Positions 1-13,318 are shown, counted from the whole stretch's first letter. The stretch is DNA of 63,074 bases, filler included, from Octopus bimaculoides (GCF_001194135.2; 7 parts of 6 records of this genome joined end to end with filler, not necessarily neighbours in it); one strand, 5' to 3'. Translations and numbers: made by a program. Notes: generated from the letters alone by a model not told the origin.

Positions 1-38
<38 letters not shown>

Positions 39-829
39 CTCACTCTGTCTTTATCTATTTCTCTATTTTCAGTAATAGAACAATTCTTGAAATATAAAAC
101 AATCAAATAGTATTTGTATAGTTCTGTAATACTATATTATATGCACGAATCAACACAGACATACACGCAAAAAACATACACGCGCGAACGCACATGGATA
201 CCCCACCACACACGCACACACATACACATACACACGCTGGAGCACTGAAATTGGTGTTTCCATTTTCTCTTTTGCAGAACATTTGAATAAAGTTCTCAGG
301 ATTTAAATTAGAAAAACTATATAGCAGATACATACATTTATCTTGTGAATTGAAATGACTACAATAATTGTAATGAAAATTACGCTATATGTAGCGGTTG
401 GATATATATAATATGATATAGATTAGTAACGTGTACGCTTATACTGAAGAGCGCTCAACAATAGCTTCATGCACCACGTTAAGAAATTCCGTTATTCTCT
501 TATTCCGTACATCGTAAAACAAATCTATCTACTTTCTTATATTTCTTTCACAACTAGGCTTCCTAACTTTTGCATCTAAGTCCATTTGATTGTGAGAATT
601 GTGCAAAAAATATAGTATCAACCAAAACTAAGATGGTCGCTCTTGGACCCGGGTTCTTCAAGAGTCTAGCGACCCTATTGTATTCTATATATGCTGTGGC
701 TTGCTATCAATAGTTATATGCTACAGGAATGAGAGCATTGATTTGTCCAGGGCCTATAATACTGAAGAATCGCTAAGTGAATATTACTTTTACATTGGAA
801 GATATAGAGAATAATACACAAAGATGAGT

Positions 830-1394
830 AACATACAAGCCACATTTATATCAGGCGGGATTCCTTCTGCCTTTATCTTGGAACTCCTTCTTCCAAGATA
901 CGTGGGTAGAAAGACTACATCCTCTGTCTTTACTATTTTACTCGCCAGCCTCCTTTCCCCTCCTCTGTTCTAAACTGGACTACCGTTGTCCCATATTAGC
1001 ATCCTCTTGTCATGTATATTACTCCGTTGGATTCCTTCTTTACTGCCTCTTCTATTTCCTCTATTTCTATTTGGTCGATCTTCTGACTCTTTATCGAGTA
1101 AACTTTGTATATGACTGTTCTTTTTATGCCATCCATGATTCTTTGTGGGGCCAACAATGTCACGTAGCCTCCAACTTGCTGCACCATTCTTCCGTGCTCC
1201 TTCATTCTTGATAGGTCCACTTCTCCTTTCTTCACCTCTGCAGCCCCGGCGAAACTCTTCATTTTCTTCAAACATTCATTCATGCCTTCTACTGCTCTCA
1301 CCAGCTCCACCTCTGTAGAAGACAGCTCAGACCCGGTAAAGTCTGAGTACGTCATCTCTACCCTCAAAGCAGCAAAAAAACGTCCGACTCGCAC
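830..1394 (-). mobile_element. Degenerate non-LTR retrotransposon ORF1 (gag-like) 5' fragment, probably L1/Tx1-type
   Basis: ORF 996-1394 (MTYSDFTGSELSS...KRTVIYKVYSIKSQKID...YMTRGC*) continues through one stop and a frameshift as YGTTVVQFRTEE..RRLASKIVKTEDVVFLPTYLGRRSSKIKAEGIPPDINVA. It has protein-like composition and resembles LINE ORF1 RRM regions. Clade assignment is from memory, not a search. Confidence 0.5.
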
Positions 1395-1431
1395 ACAAAT
1401 GACAAACCGAATGCACTCTGGGTAACCGGAA

Positions 1432-1810
1432 GCCAGGTAACCAAGCTACTTACCACACAGCCACTACTGCGCCTATCCACACAGGCACTTCTGCGCCTAT
1501 ATAATTATATATATTCTTTTTTTTTCTTTTTACTTGTTTCAGTCATTTGACTGCAGCCATGCTGGAGCACCGCCTTTAGTCGAAGAAATCGATGTCAGGA
1601 CTTATTTTTGTAAGCCTAATATCTATTCTATCGGTCATTTTTGACGAACTGCGAGTCTTCCCAAACATAAACACACCAATATCGGTTGACAAGCGATGGC
1701 GGGAGGAGAAACTCAGAGACACACATAAACATATACCTATATATATATACGACGGGTTTGTTTCAGTCTCCATCTACCAAATCCACTGAAACAGCTTTGG
1801 TCATCCGGGA
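1432..1810 (-). mobile_element. tRNA-derived SINE family A: body/tail (1516-1810) plus two adjacent head remnants (1432-1500)
   Basis: Matches the reverse complement of the full-length copy at 48141-48558 (CTCCAGCATGG..GCAGTCAAATGACTGAAACAAGTAAAA tail; GGCGCAG..GGCTGTGTGGTAAGTAGCTTG head). Confidence 0.85.
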
Positions 1811-1842
1811 TACGCTAATCGGAAAGACTGATAGCCTATTTT

Positions 1843-1990
1843 TTTTTTATATACATTCGCCTATTTTCTACTTATTTTATATACATCCTCCTATCTACTA
1901 CTTATTTTATATACATCCGCCTATCTTCTACTACTTATTTTATGTACATCCTCTTATCTTCTACTAATTTTATATACATTCTCCTGTCTT
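1843..1990. repeat. Degenerate minisatellite, about 5 copies of a 30-36 bp unit (TTTTATATACATCC.CCTATCTTCTACTACTTA)
   Basis: Direct tandem repetition is visible in the sequence. Confidence 0.85.
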
Positions 1991-3889
1991 CGACTCACCG
2001 TAATTCCTTTCTTGTATTTTCTTGTAATTTTCACTCTTTTCTACTCTTATTGTGTTTCACTTCTTTATTATGTATGTTTCTTTCCAGATGTCTTATCCGT
2101 TCAAATTTACAGAATATGTTTCTTTTGTACTACAGTATTCCATTTCTATTCCAATTCTATTCCAAGATGATAGATGTAGCGCCTCATATACAATCTTCTG
2201 ATAATCTCCTGATGTTAGGTGCTTTGCATAGAAACTGTTCCGCATATATGTCTTTATTTTTCTACATTGTCACTATTTTTTCTCATTCAAAATATTTATC
2301 GTAAAGTTACTTTTAAAAACACTTCATGAAAGTTTCTATTTTGTTAATCGCAATATAATTTGAGATATATTACAGATATATTCATACACAAACACAAAGA
2401 TATATATATACATATATCTATATATACACATATATGTGTATAATTGCATATGTACATATATGCATATATATATACAAATATATATACATGTATATATATA
2501 TATGTATATATNNNNNNNNNNNNNNNNNNNNNNNNNNNNNNNNNNNNNNNNNNNNNNNNNNNNNNNNNNNNNNNNNNNNNNNNNNNNNNNNNNNNNNNNN
2601 NNNNNNNNNNNNNNNNNNNNNNNNNNNNNNNNNNNNNNNNNNNNNNNNNNNNNNNNNNNNNNNNNNNNNNNNNNNNNNNNNNNNNNNNNNNNNNNNNNNN
2701 NNNNNNNNNNNNNNNNNNNNNNNNNNNNNNNNNNNNNNNNNNNNNNNNNNNNNNNNNNNNNNNNNNNNNNNNNNNNNNNNNNNNNNNNNNNNNNNNNNNN
2801 NNNNNNNNNNNNNNNNNNNNNNNNNNNNNNNNNNNNNNNNNNNNNNNNNNNNNNNNNNNNNNNNNNNNNNNNNNNNNNNNNNNNNNNNNNNNNNNNNNNN
2901 NNNNNNNNNNNNNNNNNNNNNNNNNNNNNNNNNNNNNNNNNNNNNNNNNNNNNNNNNNNNNNNNNNNNNNNNNNNNNNNNNNNNNNNNNNNNNNNNNNNN
3001 NNNNNNNNNNNNACGCGTGTATAAAGTCCAATATCATTAACTCTTTAAGGTATATTGTTATACAAATAATTTCTAAACAAAACACAGGCATCATCCATTT
3101 AATTCTTGTAAACATATCATTTTTTTTATATTCACATATACACGAGTTGTCGACAAATCCCCCCGGAATTTATGCTGTATATATATTTGTTTCTTTTTTC
3201 TCACTTGATAATTGTTATCAACGAAGATGGTAGGAATGATGGAATATTATATTTATTAAATACCAACAAATTTGTTTAGTTAAGTAAGTGTAAAAAAACT
3301 CTACGCAAAAATATTGCTAAAGAATTGTGTAAATAATGATAAATAATTGTCTTTCCATATCTCCTTTCAAGTGTTGCTACGAGTATAAACAAGAATAGAT
3401 AACTGTATATATGGAATGCAGCTATAGAGATATACTTATGAATTCATAATAGCACACACCATTTAAAACATTTCTATACTATTTTTTTCGATTGACGGTG
3501 CTGTTGGTGGAGTTCATGAGGCTGGGGGTAAACATGACGGTGGGAGTGGAGGTGGGGCTGCTAGTGGTGGGGATGAGGGTAGGATATTGCTGATAGTAGT
3601 GATATTCTGTTTCCCATAATTTTCGTGAATTTTATCACTAAAGATTGCTGGCTAAGTTGGAAAGATAAATTCTGTATGTATAACATAGGCTTGCTAATAA
3701 CTTATTATTATCTTTCTTTCACAATAGTTTCCATTCATTTCACACAGCATCTGCATTGGAAAAATAATGTGAAAAAAGTAGATCACTAGATAAGACAAAC
3801 AGTCGAAAGAATAATACAGGCGTGCATAAATGTATGTATAAATAAACACACACGCACACACACATAAACACACATTCAAACAAGCACAC

Positions 3890-3934
<45 letters not shown>

Positions 3935-6087
3935 NNNNNNNNNNNNNNNNNNNNNNNNNNNNNNNNNNNNNNNNNNNNNNNNNNNNNNNNNNNNNNNNNN
4001 NNNNNNNNNNNNNNNNNNNNNNNNNNNNNNNNNNNNNNNNNNNNNNNNNNNNNNNNNNNNNNNNNNNNNNNNNNNNNNNNNNNNNNNNNNNNNNNNNNNN
4101 NNNNNNNNNNNNNNNNNNNNNNNNNNNNNNNNNNNNNNNNNNNNNNNNNNNNNNNNNNNNNNNNNNNNNNNNNNNNNNNNNNNNNNNNNNNNNNNNNNNN
4201 NNNNNNNNNNNNNNNNNNNNNNNNNNNNNNNNNNNNNNNNNNNNNNNNNNNNNNNNNNNNNNNNNNNNNNNNNNNNNNNNNNNNNNNNNNNNNNNNNNNN
4301 NNNNNNNNNNNNNNNNNNNNNNNNNNNNNNNNNNNNNNNNNNNNNNNNNNNNNNNNNNNNNNNNNNNNNNNNNNNNNNNNNNNNNNNNNNNNNNNNNNNN
4401 NNNNNNNNNNNNNNNNNNNNNNNNNNNNNNNNNNNNNNNNNNNNNNNNNNNNNNNNNNNNNNNNNNNNNNNNNNNNNNNNNNNNNNNNNNNNNNNNNNNN
4501 NNNNNNNNNNNNNNNNNNNNNNNNNNNNNNNNNNNNNNNNNNNNNNNNNNNNNNNNNNNNNNNNNNNNNNNNNNNNNNNNNNNNNNNNNNNNNNNNNNNN
4601 NNNNNNNNNNNNNNNNNNNNNNNNNNNNNNNNNNNNNNNNNNNNNNNNNNNNNNNNNNNNNNNNNNNNNNNNNNNNNNNNNNNNNNNNNNNNNNNNNNNN
4701 NNNNNNNNNNNNNNNNNNNNNNNNNNNNNNNNNNNNNNNNNNNNNNNNNNNNNNNNNNNNNNNNNNNNNNNNNNNNNNNNNNNNATATATATATATATAC
4801 ATTGATGCTCCAGCATGGCCAAAGGTTTTTCGAATGAAATGCGTTAGAAAATATAAGAGTATATAAGAACATATAAGAAAATGATGTAAGAATAATAAGT
4901 AATATAATATAACACATACATGAAAAAGGGTGTAGCAAATATTGTTAAGGCCTTTCTTGAATGCGAATGGACCATTAGTAGTCCTGATACTTCAGCAGAA
5001 GAAATATAAAATCGTAGTTGGTGTGAGAAAATTTGATAGTCATTAACAGAAAAAAATAAAATGAACTCGTTGTTAGGAGCTAGGCAGAAATGAAGTTCTA
5101 TGGGAGTGTTACGAATGAAGGAGAGACGGGCGTGTATGTACATCTATACGTATCTGGAAGTGTGAAAATTGAAAGTATAGTTATATTAGTATGAGTTAGT
5201 GGGTTAATAAGGTATCAGTTTGTGATTTTAGTCTTTAGGTGACTATGACGAAAACGCGGTTTATTGAACGTCGGAGCGTGTGCGCGAGTTAGGTAACACT
5301 GAATTCAAGACGATTGACAAGTGTATAATAGTCGTGTGTGCAAGTTATGGATGTGAGACTCTTTTACCTGGCAAGAAAGTATTAACTAAGACAGGTGACA
5401 GAGAGCGAGAGAGAGATAGAGAAAGCGAGAGAGAGAGGAGGAGGAGAGAGGGAGAGAGAGAGACACAAATGCTGCGAGTTCTATAAGAGAAGAAAAGTGG
5501 GCAAAATTATTTAAATATTACAAAAGTGTGGAAAAATGCGAAGACGAGACTTTGCTGGAAGAATCTTTAAAATTAGCGAGTTTCGCTGAAGCTCGTTAGT
5601 TTTTATTACAGTTTTTCAAGATGAGCGGCGTCAAGGAATTCCCTCCAAACCAACATATAGTTCAGTCAATCATATTGAAACTTACACACATACACAAACC
5701 ATCGTTCGCACCTGCACACTCAAATATGAACTTTTGTATATATATATATATATATANNNNNNNNNNNNNNNNNNNNNNNNNNNNNNNNNNNNNNNNNNNN
5801 NNNNNNNNNNNNNNNNNNNNNNNNNNNNNNNNNNNNNNNNNNNNNNNNNNNNNNNNNNNNNNNNNNNNNNNNNNNNNNNNNNNNNNNNNNNNNNNNNNNN
5901 NNNNNNNNNNNNNNNNNNNNNNNNNNNNNNNNNNNNNNNNNNNNNNNNNNNAGACGAAGAAAGGTTTATGAACAAACAGGTGTATTAGTTTGATGATCGG
6001 GAAAATGAAAAAAAATATTACGTATCGAGCCTACGCTCTTGTGTGTGTGTGAGTACATGCACACACATATGCGCATATTTGTATATA

Positions 6088-6214
6088 CAGGGTGTGCACA
6101 AAGTCTGGCTACATGTAGTAAATAAAATCATAATATAAACAATTAAATATAAGAAATAATAATTTCCTAAAATGTGTTTTAATCCCTATGTACCCAGACT
6201 TTGTGGACACCCTG
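6088..6214. mobile_element. 127-bp Tc1/mariner-type MITE
   Basis: 21-bp TIRs CAGGGTGTGCACAAAGTCTGG (6088-6108) and CCAGACTTTGTGGACACCCTG (6194-6214) with one mismatch, extendable to 27 bp. TA on both sides (6086-6087, 6215-6216). Confidence 0.92.
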
Positions 6215-6269
6215 TATAATGACGCAAAGAATGAAATATATTGTAAGTTTTACTCCCAACGATTTCGAG

Positions 6270-6450
6270 GGAGGAGATAAATCGATTTCCTCGACCCCAG
6301 TATTCTTCTGGTACTTATTTTCTCGACCTCGAATTGAAGAAAAGCAGAGTCGATCTCGGCAGAATTTGAACTCAGAACTTAAAGATAGATAAAATGCCGC
6401 TAAGCGTTTTACCCAGTGTGCTAACGATTCAGCCAATTGGCCGCTTTCAT
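6270..6450 (-). mobile_element. tRNA-derived SINE family B, degenerate copy
   Basis: Reverse complement resembles the 29005 and 62741 copies (GAATCGTTAGCAC..GCTTAGCGG..TCTGAGTTCAAATT..GTCGA..AAGTACCAG). Confidence 0.75.
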
Positions 6451-6752
6451 ATTAATACTGATTTCAAAGTTTAGCACAAAGCCAGATAGTCCGAGGGCAG
6501 GGTCTCCGTCGATTACATAGACCCCGAATGGCATTTAAACATATCAATCGCAAAACAAAATACGCACACACATGTGCTTGGTACATGGCGCCTTCATACA
6601 TTTATGAAAATTTGCATAGGAGAAAATACGATTATGAACCAAAATATACTTGACAAAATGAGAAAAGCGGGGAGCAAGATACGAAGCTTTCTCAAATGCA
6701 AAATTATTCATCTCAAGCCAGCTACTAATTATGTACTGCCATCTTATTTCAG

Positions 6753-6855
6753 GAATATATTTGATAATGGAGAGAAGCTGAGAGAGAATGTGACATTGTC
6801 ACAGGTGGAATGGAATATCGTTCAACAAAAACAAATTAGCAACAACATTAACACG
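6753..6855 (+). CDS. Candidate internal coding exon of an unidentified host gene (NIFDNGEKLRENVTLSQVEWNIVQQKQISNNINT)
   Basis: Branch-like TACTAAT at about 6723, acceptor CTTATTTCAG|G, donor ACG|GTGAGA, 103 bp, only one of three frames open. No homology recognised. Confidence 0.4.
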
Positions 6856-6929
6856 GTGAGATACGCAAAAAGTAAAAAATATGGATTTCAAAATTTTACA
6901 CAAGTCCAGCAGATTTGTGGGAGGGATTA

Positions 6930-7070
6930 CGGTTAGGGTTAATCGACACCAGTGTTCAAATGGAATTTATTTTCTCAATCTCCGAAGGATGAAAGGCAAA
7001 GTCGACCCCTGCGAAAGTTAAACTCTGAACTTAAAGGCGGACGAAATGCCGCTAAGCATTTGGCTTAGTC
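6930..7070 (-). mobile_element. SINE family B fragment
   Basis: Contains GGATGAAAGGCAAAGTCGACC..AACTCTGAAC..CCGCTAAGCATT, the reverse complement of the family B core. Confidence 0.75.
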
Positions 7071-8014
7071 CATACCTTATTTTTTTCTTCAGCGTCGATG
7101 GGACTGCGAACAATTAAACGTCTGCACATACATTCCTATTGGTCTAAAATAGCAACTAAATACCCCTTAAACCAACCTCTGCTCAGTTAAATGAACCCGT
7201 GACACTCAGGATAGTGATGTTCACAATGAACACTATCGGGAAAAAAATTGTATGGCCATGACCAGATTTTCTTTGAACATAAGGAATAGAGCTAACCAAA
7301 TTGAACAAGATAAAAACACTCAAACAATAGATTTTCATATTAATGCAAGATATATATGTATCGCATCCAAAGAAAATATACTTGTCGTCTGACTTTGAAG
7401 TATGAAGAAGAGAGCCTTAGAGACATACGTGACTAAATATAGACATAAGTCTAGTGCTGACCAGAATTGAATAATTCTATAGAGAAGAAACACTAGATAT
7501 CATATAAATACAATGATCCAGCACTTATAATGCTTTTCATCCGCTAAGTTCTTTACAAATACACTGACGCAAACTGTAGCTATTTTCTCCAAAGAAAATA
7601 GAAAACAAAACAGTGTCTCTTGCCGAAATTTAAATCTGATAAGCTTCGCAATCTATCAAATCTTTGGTTAATTTACACATCTATTGACACACGAGTATTA
7701 TATCTACCATTCCACTTTACGAAGATCGAACATATGTTTCCGATAAGTCTACTAATGTATGCCACACAAATGAGATTCGTTCTTTCTTCCCTGCTTTCTT
7801 TCATTCATTGTTTTATGATTCGTTTGCTTCTTAACATTTTCCTTCATGTCTTCTCCCGCACGATCGTCTGTCTACATCTTTGATGACATCTCTGTCTGCT
7901 TGCAAATCTTACTTTAGTAAGAAAGTCAAAACAATCGTTTATTCACCCACGCATATACATGCGTGCATACACACCACACAAGACAAATACACTCAGACAT
8001 ATTAGATAGATAGG

Positions 8015-8064
<50 letters not shown>

Positions 8065-8321
8065 TGTATGTGCGTATGTATGTATGCATGTGTGTGTTTG
8101 TGTATTGTAATTTTTTTATGTTCGTACATAACTACCTGAATGTTTATGAAAAATATCAGTAAAGTAATCGTTCATCATTAGTACAAATGTCTGTATATTA
8201 ATCTATTCCACCCTCACCGCTGCCCTTCTCAGTATTCTATCTTTCTCTCACTGTGTGTGTGCGTGAGTGCGTATTTGTCTGTGTGTGCGTGTGTGTACAT
8301 GTGTATGTAAATGTATTTGAG

Positions 8322-8353
<32 letters not shown>

Positions 8354-9331
8354 AATTAAGAGGAATGGCCACCAAAAGTGGACACCTATATGCTAGAAAT
8401 AGATGCCAAAATCACCTAACCACGAAGATGTGATATAATTTTAATCTTCAGATTTTTTAGAATATGCTTGACCACTGGTTTTAATTGATTAATATCAAGT
8501 ACTACCCTTATTATTAAATTTATATATACATATTTATGTATATATATATATATATATATGTAGCTATACTTTTACATACATGTATATATACATATATGCA
8601 TTTATACGTAAATACATCCACTGACGCATATTTAAAGATTCGTATCTATCTATGATCTTATCATTTAGATATATATGTTTAATTCCTCCCACCATTTATT
8701 TAGATATTTAATTTCAATTGTACTCATGAATAGAAGATTATATTCTATTTCGAAATCAAAATATATGCAGAATTTTTTTAATACTTACACGCTCTCCTTA
8801 TTCTTCTCCTCACGCATTCTGCTTAATGCATGACCATCTTAGCAGACACAGCTATACATGCAAGTAATGAATTGTATATAGCATCCTTCGTAGCCAACCC
8901 TTCACCAAGGAATTAAATTCTTCTTCTCGAAAGAAACAACAGACACGTCATATAATGAAACCTATTTACATACTGATTTCAAATATCATCAGAATTTTCA
9001 TATTTACATTTCAACCTCTGGGAGTCGCTTAACTACGAGATACGATTAGAGAGACACTTACGGATCCTCCAAGGAATTCGGTAAATATTCACGTATATGA
9101 GTAATGGAATTATCACTGTGTAATTTCAATCAACACACTTATTGAACAATGTCACAAACAAGAGAACTTCAGTAGAAAATGGTACTACTTAAATCATTGT
9201 CGTTTGTTTCAGAAGTACAGTGTAGCCAATGCAATAAAAAGCAAATATAACCGGTTATTGCGTATATAACATAGGAATATTTACATCAACGATATAGTGT
9301 ATAAGCTGATTCAGCGAGGTGTTTAGATGCT

Positions 9332-9374
<43 letters not shown>

Positions 9375-9406
9375 TCATACACACATACATACATACATAC
9401 ATACAA

Positions 9407-9447
<41 letters not shown>

Positions 9448-10803
9448 NNNNNNNNNNNNNNNNNNNNNNNNNNNNNNNNNNNNNNNNNNNNNNNNNNNNN
9501 NNNNNNNNNNNNNNNNNNNNNNNNNNNNNNNNNNNNNNNNNNNNNNNNNNNNNNNNNNNNNNNNNNNNNNNNNNNNNNNNNNNNNNNNNNNNNNNNNNNN
9601 NNNNNNNNNNNNNNNNNNNNNNNNNNNNNNNNNNNNNNNNNNNNNNNNNNNNNNNNNNNNNNNNNNNNNNNNNNNNNNNNNNNNNNNNNNNNNNNNNNNN
9701 NNNNNNNNNNNNNNNNNNNNNNNNNNNNNNNNNNNNNNNNNNNNNNNNNNNNNNNNNNNNNNNNNNNNNNNNNNNNNNNNNNNNNNNNNNNNNNNNNNNN
9801 NNNNNNNNNNNNNNNNNNNNNNNNNNNNNNNNNNNNNNNNNNNNNNNNNNNNNNNNNNNNNNNNNNNNNNNNNNNNNNNNNNNNNNNNNNNNNNNNNNNN
9901 NNNNNNNNNNNNNNNNNNNNNNNNNNNNNNNNNNNNNNNNNNNNNNNNNNNNNNNNNNNNNNNNNNNNNNNNNNNNNNNNNNNNNNNNNNNNNNNNNNNN
10001 NNNNNNNNNNNNNNNNNNNNNNNNNNNNNNNNNNNNNNNNNNNNNNNNNNNNNNNNNNNNNNNNNNNNNNNNNNNNNNNNNNNNNNNNNNNNNNNNNNNN
10101 NNNNNNNNNNNNNNNNNNNNNNNNNNNNNNNNNNNNNNNNNNNNNNNNNNNNNNNNNNNNNNNNNNNNNNNNNNNNNNNNNNNNNNNNNNNNNNNNNNNN
10201 NNNNNNNNNNNNNNNNNNNNNNNNNNNNNNNNNNNNNNNNNNNNNNNNNNNNNNNNNNNNNNNNNNNNNNNNNNNNNNNNNNNNNNNNNNNNNNNNNNNN
10301 NNNNNNNNNNNNNNNNNNNNNNNNNNNNNNNNNNNNNNNNNNNNNNNNNNNNNNNNNNNNNNNNNNNNNNNNNNNNNNNNNNNNNNNNNNNNNNNNATAA
10401 TATATATATATAAAATCACAGAAGGTAAAAATATATATAATCTAATAAAATACAAATAGAACGGTCTATCAAAAAGTTGAATATAAACAGCTAAAAATCA
10501 AAACTTCCAAAAAACCTAATAGACAAGTCGTTGACCCAAATTATTGTTTGCTCTATAACCAAAGTTTCGTCTCATTTATATTTACCTTCGTCTCATTTAT
10601 ATTTGAGCACTTCTTTTGCAGTCCTATAAACCCTTTTGTTTCTATAAAAGGAGACAAATATTATTTCTTGTTGTATATATGCATCTCTTTTCACGTCACT
10701 GTGTCCCTGTCATTTTTCTCGCCCCTCCTTATTTCTTCTGTACCTCTGCCTCTACCTCTGTCTTTTCTCTCCCCACGTGACCGGTGAAGGAAGGACTTGA
10801 TTT

Positions 10804-10858
10804 TGTAGAGCAATAAACAGTAAAACCAACGTTCTACTTCTCACTGTTTATTGCTCCA
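10804..10858 (-). ncRNA. Candidate pre-miRNA hairpin
   Basis: Minus strand reads UGGAGCAAUAAACAGUGAGAAG-UAGAACGUUGG-UUUUACUGUUUAUUGCUCUACA: 20 contiguous pairs (3 G-U). A 22/22-nt duplex with 2-nt 3' overhangs can be drawn, with a lower stem and CNNC motifs downstream. Confidence 0.45.
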
Positions 10859-12974
10859 TATCCTATCGTCTTTATATGTATTAAACCACGGTTTACCTTT
10901 TAAATTACCTACTACCGTATACTTGATAACAAGGACTCTACATACGGAGGTAATATCATGAGTGCTTATGGATACATCTATCCCTACCGCTAACTTATAT
11001 ATGCATATATGTGAGCTCGTGATATTTTATGTGCGTACTTACGTATGCTTATATATATATGTGTGTGTGTGTGTGCGTGTGTGTATGTGTGTGTGTGTCA
11101 GTTTTCCTTCTTTGGTTACGGAATAAGTATCGAACCTATTGCACGATAGAAGTATTGACGTATAAATGTTACGCTATCAAAAGTTATAAATGCTATACAT
11201 ATATACTGTAATGTGGAAATAAATCTTCTGTGTGCCAGTGGGGTGTTCGGAACATTACATATTTGACATTGTTTGAAAATATTCCCTAATCGCATGAGTT
11301 TTTGAACTTTTCGTTTCGTTTTTCCAGCCAAGTCATTGAATTACCTACGTTGTACCCATTCACTAAGTGATTTAAGTTGACTTGAATTTTAATCCTCAAT
11401 TTATGCAGGGACGAGATAGCTACTTCTTACTTTAAAAAACAATTTTAAATGAAAAAAAATTTAAGAATAGGTATGTTTGTATGAGTATGTGTGTATTTGT
11501 GTGTGTTCATGTCGTTGTGTGTACGTGTGCGTACGTGTGTGTGCGTGTGTGTTTATGCGTGCATGCATCCTGTTTTGCATCAGACCACTTCTAAAGAACA
11601 GCAGATAAATAACTGGCATATTTCTGGTTTTTATAGCACCAGTATTGCTTCATTGAATTCCTGTAGAGGATGTTGCTATTTCTTGGAGGTGAATTAACCA
11701 TGTAAAGCAATACTCTTTCGTGAAGGTAAATCCCTAATAATAACGAAGTTATTGAAATCATTTCTAGTATTATTTGCCATTTTATTAGATATTGCAGATG
11801 AATATTTGTGACATACAGATTTTAACTATGTGAAATAATTTCTCATTATATCATATATTCTTATGTTGATATATTCTAAAGGATGATTCATAAAATATAC
11901 ATGGGCGCTTATATGCAGACCTACCTATCTGTCCAATGACATATATGGATATATAATGCTGCGTTTTCATAACTCTATGTAAATAACGAAGAAAGAGAAA
12001 TGAAACTAAAGACTATTCAGCTACATATCACATAGTATCGGAGCGGAATGTATATGCCGCGCTAAATTAATGCAGTGCATGCAAAAATAACTTTTCTACC
12101 TTCATTTGTGTTCTTGATAGGATGTGGGTGATTTGGGATCAAAGGAAAAGTGTTTCATGGTTAATACATGACGAATCTCATAAAATTGAAGATTGAAATA
12201 TGAAATGAGAAATCTAATCATGAAATTAATTCAGTATTAATTGAAGTTATAATTTCAAAAGAGAAAGAGTTTTAATGAAGATATCACCCCGCTCTCAGCT
12301 CCATCACATATCCATACATATTAAACGACGCTAGCTATTGAATTATCTTGCATGTCGTTTATAAAATCGCACAGCACGAAATTTATCAGTTTTCTTCGAA
12401 ACTCAATTTCATTATCATGCTTCTATAGAAAAACCAGACTTAAGAGTTAATCCAATTGTGAAGACGTGGTTTGTTTTTGTTGTTTATATTCATTATGGAT
12501 TCTTAAAGAAATAGGTTGAAACTATAAAAAGACTGTAGATAAAATGTTTCTTGGATGAAATATTGAAATAAGGTACAATTTTAGAGAAGCGATAAAAGAA
12601 TTATAAATCACTGCAATATTCCTGTACGCGATGCACATACACAGTAGCAATAGAAACTTGTTTGGTAAATAATGATCAAATAAGATTGGAGTATGCTACC
12701 GCTCTTTCACGGACGAATGATGATAGCAATCCGTTTTTATTGAGTATAAACATAACAACCAAATAATGAAATTAATTTAAAGATACTGGTAGATTTACTA
12801 AACTGCGTCTTGTTATTTGTAAATTACATAACACAACCTCCACGATTATCTGCACTATATATATATTCATAAATATAGACACACGCACATACACACGCTT
12901 ATACAAATATATATATATATATATATATATNNNNNNNNNNNNNNNNNNNNNNNNNNNNNNNNNNNNNNNNNNNN

Positions 12975-12986
12975 TTAATTAATTAA
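12975..12986. other. Assembly spacer TTAATTAATTAA flanked by 44 N on each side (also at 21019, 30392, 35544, 43041, 55835)
   Basis: An identical 100-bp N44-12mer-N44 construct occurs six times and has stops in all frames; it is artificial. Confidence 0.95.
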
Positions 12987-13030
12987 NNNNNNNNNNNNNN
13001 NNNNNNNNNNNNNNNNNNNNNNNNNNNNNN

Positions 13031-13086
<56 letters not shown>

Positions 13087-13104
13087 CATACATATGTGTG
13101 TGTA

Positions 13105-13318
13105 TTGTAAGTTTGTTTCTGTGTTTGTCCCCCACCACTGCTTGATAACTAATGTTGCTGTGTTTACATTCACATAACTTAGCAGTTCAGTAAAAGAGGC
13201 CAATAAAAAAAGTACCAGGCATAAAAGAGAAAGAACTGGTTTCAATTTGTTTGATTAAAATTCTTCAAGACGGTACCCCAGAATGGCCGATGTCTGATGA
13301 CTGAAAAAGATAAAAGAA
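13105..13318 (+). mobile_element. SINE family A 3' half, CpG-decayed
   Basis: TGTTTACATTCACATAACTTAGCAGTTCAGTAAAAGAG versus GTCCCCGTAACTTAGCGGTTCGGCAAAAGAG in the 48141 copy. Confidence 0.8.

Noticed and set aside
635-674. 40-nt hairpin GGTCGCT..AGCGACC
   Set aside because: Short, interrupted and without any identifying motif.
5320-5400. YGCET motif resembling RTE ORF2
   Set aside because: Too short to support beyond a possible tiny remnant.
9062-9115. 54-bp minus-strand exon (DNSITHIREYLPNSLED, LRR-like, or IIPLLIYVNIYRI, TM-like) with a GTAAGT donor
   Set aside because: Poor pyrimidine tract, two frames open, LRR spacing and phase do not fit, no partner exons.
12975-12986. TTAATTAATTAA as a regulatory motif
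   Set aside because: Always centred between two 44-N runs; it is an assembly spacer.
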